A stretch of 64,000 nt of DNA from Lama guanicoe (Eukaryota). Under the pieces are notes generated by a model that was not told the DNA's origin, made no database searches, and was given only the letters and a program-made list of their open reading frames with translations. Below are positions 61,901 through 64,000 of the stretch, piece after piece. Made by a program: the position numbers and the translations under genes. Positions within the stretch are counted from its first letter, which is position 1; each line of letters begins with the position of its first letter. The stretch covers positions 2,745,846-2,809,845 of the forward strand of contig MU056737.1 in NCBI GenBank assembly GCA_013239625.1, in the 5' to 3' direction.

Positions 61901-62469
61901 CGGAGCCCTGGCAGGAATGGTTCTGCCACCAAATAGGTCCAAGGCAGGGACACCCTCCCAGGAGCTGGGGACAGAGGACACTGCAGGTGGAGGGGAGCCC
62001 CGTGCCCTGACTCAGAGCCCTGTAGCGCCCGGAGCGCCTGTTCTCCCAGCTGACCCCAGAGGACCCTCCCAGAGCCTGGGGCGCTGGGCATCACATGGAC
62101 CAAGTCGGGGGTGGACCCTGCAGGCCTGGGAGTCTCCAGAGCGGCCCCTGCTCTCTGTACCAGGGGTTCTCGGCCCGCGAGCTCTGCAGGCCTGGGTGTC
62201 CCAGTTACTGCAAGCGCGCTCTGGGTTTTTAACGAGGGCATACGATGCACCAAGTAAGTAAAAGCAGTGAACACTCGTATTAGAATTCCAATAGTTCCTT
62301 CGGCTTAAGTCGGGGTTTTCATCCTCGGCACCGCTGGGACGCACGGCCCTAGGCCACGGGGCTGCAGGACGTGAGCGCGGCGTGCCCTAACCCCTCTCCC
62401 TGTTGCCCCTGCAGGCTGATGCTGAAGGAGCCGTATGTCGACAAGACGCGGGTGGCCGTGTTCGGGAAG
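1834..62469 (+). CDS. DPP6: DPP6 (dipeptidyl peptidase-like protein 6), partial: 11 internal coding exons, join(1834..1957,3517..3555,7819..7926,9853..9944,10771..10818,12475..12593,37400..37447,50097..50195,53887..53956,55796..55990,62415..62469)
   Basis: The spliced 997 nt read as one open frame closely matching mammalian DPP6 as I recall it ([17 protein letters not shown]...[28 protein letters not shown]...DGTPGSQSV...[23 protein letters not shown]...TRVAVFGK). All 10 complete introns are GT-AG with matching phases. Start and stop codons are outside the window. Confidence 0.98.
3517..3555 (+). CDS. DPP6: DPP6 exon (~12), 39 nt: [13 protein letters not shown]
   Basis: Branch-like ctctaac, pyrimidine tract, tttcag|AAA ... 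CAG|gtaact; phase 0/0. Confidence 0.97.
7819..7926 (+). CDS. DPP6: DPP6 exon (~13), 108 nt: [36 protein letters not shown]
   Basis: ccacag|AAC ... CAG|gtgcgt; phase 0/0. Confidence 0.97.
9853..9944 (+). CDS. DPP6: DPP6 exon (~14), 92 nt: [30 protein letters not shown](I)
   Basis: ttccag|CCC ... AT|gtgagt; phase 0/2. Confidence 0.97.
10771..10818 (+). CDS. DPP6: DPP6 exon (~15), 48 nt: (I)[15 protein letters not shown](S)
   Basis: ctgcag|C ... AG|gtacgc; phase 2/2; not present in frame in the ORF track. Confidence 0.96.
12475..12593 (+). CDS. DPP6: DPP6 exon (~16), 119 nt: (S)[39 protein letters not shown](G)
   Basis: ctgcag|T ... G|gtgagt; phase 2/1; conserved CLSC...C...C cysteines of the DPP4 family. 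Confidence 0.97.
15738..15817 (+). mobile_element. Short L1 fragment (ORF2 3' region)
   Basis: aattcaaaaagatacatgcaccc...acagcaacattatttataattgccaag...ggaaacaccctaag resembles the mammalian L1 3' consensus as recalled. Confidence 0.7.
16476..16611 (+). mobile_element. tRNA-derived SINE (camelid vic-1-like) with a 16-bp target-site duplication
   Basis: Degenerate A/B boxes, gtcctgggttc...gtacctccattaaaaaataaataataaacc, A-rich tail; TSD aaagaatggcctttgc (16460-16475) / aaagaatggtctttgc (16612-16627), 1 mismatch. Confidence 0.85.
19898..19965 (+). mobile_element. Isolated 68-bp L1 3' fragment
   Basis: actaagagaagtaagtcagacagagaaagacaagtatcatacgataccacttacacgtggaatctaaa is the typical L1 ORF2-end/3'UTR segment. 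Confidence 0.8.
20175..20812 (-). mobile_element. 5'-truncated L1 (3' UTR plus ORF2 end), antisense
   Basis: poly-T then taattgaagtatagt..., ccatccatgttgctgca, gctattataaatagtgctgctatgaaca, tgctagatcatatggt, gagggttccc...tctccacaccctctccag. Confidence 0.9.
21011..21930 (-). mobile_element. ERV1-type LTR sequence(s), probably two LTRs, possibly nested
   Basis: ggaaagaattc...caaagctgcttttatt (reverse polyA signal) and gtcatggcg...tagcagctaatacattacaat...ataatgag resemble MER4-group/ERV1 LTRs. A second block at ~21590-21930 (aaccatctccaaaggttctgttcagccatgaaa) looks like another LTR. Boundaries approximate. Confidence 0.55.
22222..22337 (+). mobile_element. tRNA-derived SINE (vic-1-like)
   Basis: A box tagctcagtagtagagc, B box gggttcgatcccc, A-tail; TSD agagcatc at 22214-22221 and 22338-22345. 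Confidence 0.9.
23627..23920. repeat. (GAT/GTT/GGT)-type low-complexity repeat spanning an assembly gap (N 23652-23816)
   Basis: gttgatgttgttgatgttgatga on the left, gtgctgatgatg/gatggtg on the right of 165 N. Confidence 0.75.
24664..25030 (+). mobile_element. MaLR LTR (MLT1B/C-like)
   Basis: tgttgtggattgaactgtgtctcccca...atatgttgaagtcctaac...aagatgaggtcattctggagta...atgactggtgtccttac...cctccagcctccag. Confidence 0.85.
25830..25910 (-). mobile_element. L1 ORF2 fragment, antisense
   Basis: ttttggacatgaaccccttttcagatgcattgcttgcaaatatcttctccc...ggctgccttt. Confidence 0.65.
25911..26049 (-). mobile_element. tRNA-derived SINE (vic-1-like), antisense
   Basis: Reverse complement reads ggggggagggtagctcagtggtagagcgcatgcttg...gtcctggttccatccccaggacctccattaac...aaacctaacc, then an A/C-rich tail. 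Confidence 0.88.
27745..27895 (+). mobile_element. MIR
   Basis: ctgtgcctcggtttactcctctgtgaaatgggg...gagggttgctgtgaagac...acacttagaacagtgc (MIR core and tail). Confidence 0.75.
33960..34760 (+). mobile_element. Old L1 3' fragments, plus a short L1 tail at ~34686-34760
   Basis: gcagcactgtttat...ggaaacagcccaaacatccatc; cagcagttacctctgg; acaccggaaattgacgcaacattgt...tacttcagttaaaaaaa. Confidence 0.55.
35190..35340 (+). mobile_element. MIR
   Basis: gttttctcatctgaaaagtg...gctgtgaggattagaa...tagtaggcactaaataaat. Confidence 0.7.
35586..35765. mobile_element. MER53-like palindromic hAT MITE
   Basis: agcaaat...caggacgcccagt...tttca.atgaacaac ... gtccca/tgggac centre ... gtttatctgaaattcaaat; internally inverted structure. 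Confidence 0.8.
36287..36640 (-). mobile_element. L2 3' end, antisense
   Basis: tcattcattcagca...cactgttctagacgctgg...gcagtgaaccagaca...ttgagcagagacttaatgaag. Confidence 0.65.
37400..37447 (+). CDS. DPP6: DPP6 exon (~17), 48 nt: (G)[15 protein letters not shown](K)
   Basis: ctaac branch point, long pyrimidine tract, cgcag|GT ... A|gtaagt; phase 1/1; follows a 24.8-kb intron. Confidence 0.96.
39139..39510. repeat. Minisatellite, ~14-bp unit CACACTACAGTCAT, ~26 degenerate copies
   Basis: Directly visible tandem array. Confidence 0.92.
41335..41746 (-). mobile_element. MaLR LTR (MLT1-like), antisense
   Basis: cagttctgagg...ccttctgaggct...gaggacaccagtcacattggatcagggccca...gcaaagaccccatttccagacgaggtcac...ggggacacgattccagcc. 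Confidence 0.8.
42967..43094. repeat. Tandem repeat, ~39-40-bp unit x ~3 (GGCGGGTGCGCTCACACCCCTCTGCTGCCCGAGCACCCC)
   Basis: Units start at 42983, 43022 and 43062. Confidence 0.9.
48330..48480 (-). mobile_element. L2 fragment, antisense
   Basis: gggtggtcagg...gaggaggtgactttga...agcaagtgcaaaggccctgaggcag...agagcttg. Confidence 0.7.
50097..50195 (+). CDS. DPP6: DPP6 exon (~18), 99 nt: (K)[32 protein letters not shown](N)
   Basis: tttttttctttcag|AA ... A|gtaagt; phase 1/1; missed by the ORF track. Confidence 0.97.
53887..53956 (+). CDS. DPP6: DPP6 exon (~19), 70 nt: (N)[22 protein letters not shown](V)
   Basis: ccgcctag|AC ... GT|gtgagt; phase 1/2; YPLLL motif at the start of the hydrolase-like domain. 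Confidence 0.97.
54435..54614 (+). repeat. Compound (TG)n/(TGAG)n microsatellite
   Basis: ~180 nt of tgtgtgagtgtg... directly visible. Confidence 0.92.
55796..55990 (+). CDS. DPP6: DPP6 exon (~20), 195 nt: (V)[64 protein letters not shown](R)
   Basis: ttgcag|G ... CG|gtgagg; phase 2/2; S9B DGRGSG motif. Confidence 0.98.
57118..57245 (-). mobile_element. ERV1-type LTR 3' fragment, antisense
   Basis: Starts tgttaccg (reverse ...taaca terminus); acgacaggccagtaaatc...gggcaaggaata...ctttattcagaaagccagcagactgagaagatgg; reverse AATAAA at 57201-57206. Confidence 0.7.
59035..59165 (-). mobile_element. MLT1-like LTR fragment, antisense
   Basis: tgacctca...aattacgtctgca...gggggttagagctccagcgtat...aattcaacccgt. 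Confidence 0.55.
61027..61344. mobile_element. MER2-like (TcMar-Tigger) non-autonomous DNA transposon, full length
   Basis: Terminal inverted repeats cagttgtcgctcagtatcc / ggatacagaggaccgactg, 3' TA flank, internal ggttggttgaatctgtggatg. Confidence 0.88.
62415..62469 (+). CDS. DPP6: DPP6 exon (~21), 55 nt: (R)[18 protein letters not shown]
   Basis: ctgcag|G ... AAG|gtaggc; ends at G-K, the first half of the G-K-D-Y-G motif that replaces DPP4 G-W-S-Y-G. Confidence 0.96.
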
Positions 62470-64000
62470 GTAGGCCGTGCTGACCTGCGTCTGAGCGCCC
62501 CTGCTCGGGCACTGACCTGCGCCATCCCCAGGGCCTGACCTGATTTACTGGGAGTGTCTCTGACAGCTGCGTGCGAGCAATTATTTTTTAAGGGAGTTTG
62601 GGTGTTCCGTGATTCCAGCAAAGGGAGCCTCGGACTAGCTCACATGTCACTGCTGCTTTTCACGTTATCTGGAAGGAAAGACAGAAAAGAGGTCAGGTTC
62701 TAATGAGGATGCTCTGTTAGGCTCCTAACTGCTTTCCGGACACAGGCCTGCCGTGGTTCCCGGGCTGGTACCCCAAGAATGAAGGGGAGGCGAGAGGTTC
62801 TGTGTGTCTTTACGGTAGGAGTCAGGTTAGCTCACCAGGTTCACTCGTGTGGAGGGGAGTCCGGGAGGTTCACACGGAACCAGAGAAGCTCCCATGGTGG
62901 GGGCCCGTCTGAAGGCCATAGGGGGAGTGGTGGCACCGTGGCTGGGAGTCAGGTCTGTGGAGGGCCACGCCCTGCTGCCCTGGCACGCGGCCTCCCGTCG
63001 TCAGACCGCCCGGACCTGTGGCCTGTCAATCTCGAGAAGGCAGGAGCACAGATGGCAGACACGGACCCGTCTTCCCTCCGGGGAGCACCTCCCAGCACAG
63101 GCCCTCAGAGGGGCCTTGGGGGCCTGGCTGCAGGTGGAGGTTGCAACAGGTAACCAGAGCAACACCTCTGCGGCATCACCTCCGAGCCCAGCGACCGGAG
63201 GGGCTGGGTGCATCTGGGACGCAGCACCGCCCTGCAGGGGTCCCACACCCCAAGGGGAAGCAGGAAAGGGGGGGCCCAGAGGGCAGACCGGAGCCTGGAT
63301 GCAGAGTCCTGGGGCTCATTCTGTGCTGGCGATGACCCACTGCCTGCCTGTGCAGAGTTGGAGCCAGTGGGATCATTTACGGAGTAACTTTGGGTGTCAA
63401 CACATCACTTGTCCCCACGGCAAAGGTACTGCCCAGCAGAGCAGCCGCCGGCTCCAGGCGGGGCGCCCAGGCCCAGGTCAGCCTTCATCCAGGCTTTGCT
63501 CTTCCCCGAACTCGCCGTCCCCTCCCAGGAGCGTGGTCTCCCTTCTCAGGCCCCTTTCCAGGGCGGGCGCCTGAACCCCGCCCCACTGCCTAGGGCCTCT
63601 CAGAAGTCACTCGGGACACAGGAGTAAGAGTCCCCAGCAGGGAAGAGGCTTTCTCGACAAGTGGCTGGTTCCGCTGCGTGGGCACCGTGTGCTGCGTGGA
63701 CCAGGGCCCACCTGCCCTTAGAACGCAGCCCTCAGGCACCGAGACAGGCTGCGCCGTGTGTGCAGTGCTGGATGCTGGGCACTGACCCGCAGGGTCCCCC
63801 TGCCTCTTTGGCACCTTAGATAGAGGTTTGCGGACTCCGTGACTGCATTTCTCCTGGGAGGGAAGCAGCCATCGGTTCTTTGAGCGTGTGGGTTCGCAGG
63901 CTCTCCTCACATCCACCTGGAGGAGTCCGTGTCCGCCCCCAGCACGAAGCACAGGGCCTCCTGGAGCAGCAGGGTGCAGGGAGCTGTCCTGGAGGGGCGA

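Noticed and set aside
1834-62469. DPP10, DPP4 or FAP as alternative identities
   Set aside because: [25 protein letters not shown] and DGTPGSQSV match DPP6 as I recall it, and FGK excludes the active enzymes, which have WGW.
1-64000. Hundreds of 60-270 aa ORFs in the six-frame track (e.g. 36336..37145, 51960..52682, 62849..63574)
   Set aside because: They are Pro/Gly/Arg/Ala-rich with no recognisable domains and overlap on both strands, as expected by chance in GC-rich intron. Only the portions coinciding with DPP6 exons are supported.
62470-64000. Next DPP6 exon (DYGGYLSTY...)
   Set aside because: No matching coding sequence found; it presumably lies downstream of the window.

Overview
Mammalian genomic DNA. 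It is GC-rich by eye and probably from a camelid, judging by three tRNA-derived SINEs resembling the camelid vic-1 type. The whole window lies inside one + strand gene, DPP6 (dipeptidyl peptidase-like 6/DPPX), the catalytically inactive S9B-family auxiliary subunit of Kv4 channels. Eleven consecutive internal coding exons (997 nt in total, equivalent to human exons ~11-21) were resolved to the base. All have AG/GT boundaries and compatible phases, and they splice into one uninterrupted frame from EYYITMVKW... to ...TRVAVFGK. The exon carrying the Asp that replaces the catalytic Ser lies beyond the window. The rest is intron: SINEs, L1, L2, MIR, MaLR/ERV1 LTRs, MER2- and MER53-like DNA-transposon relics, mini/microsatellites, a 165-nt N gap and several AT-rich motif-dense islands. 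Almost all ORFs in the supplied track are GC-driven noise. I found no evidence for a novel multi-gene system. The best second-look items are strong but patchy AT-to-GC drift (gBGC-like), an L1 segment apparently deleted and present inverted nearby, a MER53 copy carrying a miR-1302-like sequence, a minisatellite apparently born inside an L1 3' UTR, a candidate poison microexon and candidate enhancers. Repeat family names and human comparisons come from recalled consensus sequences, not from a search.
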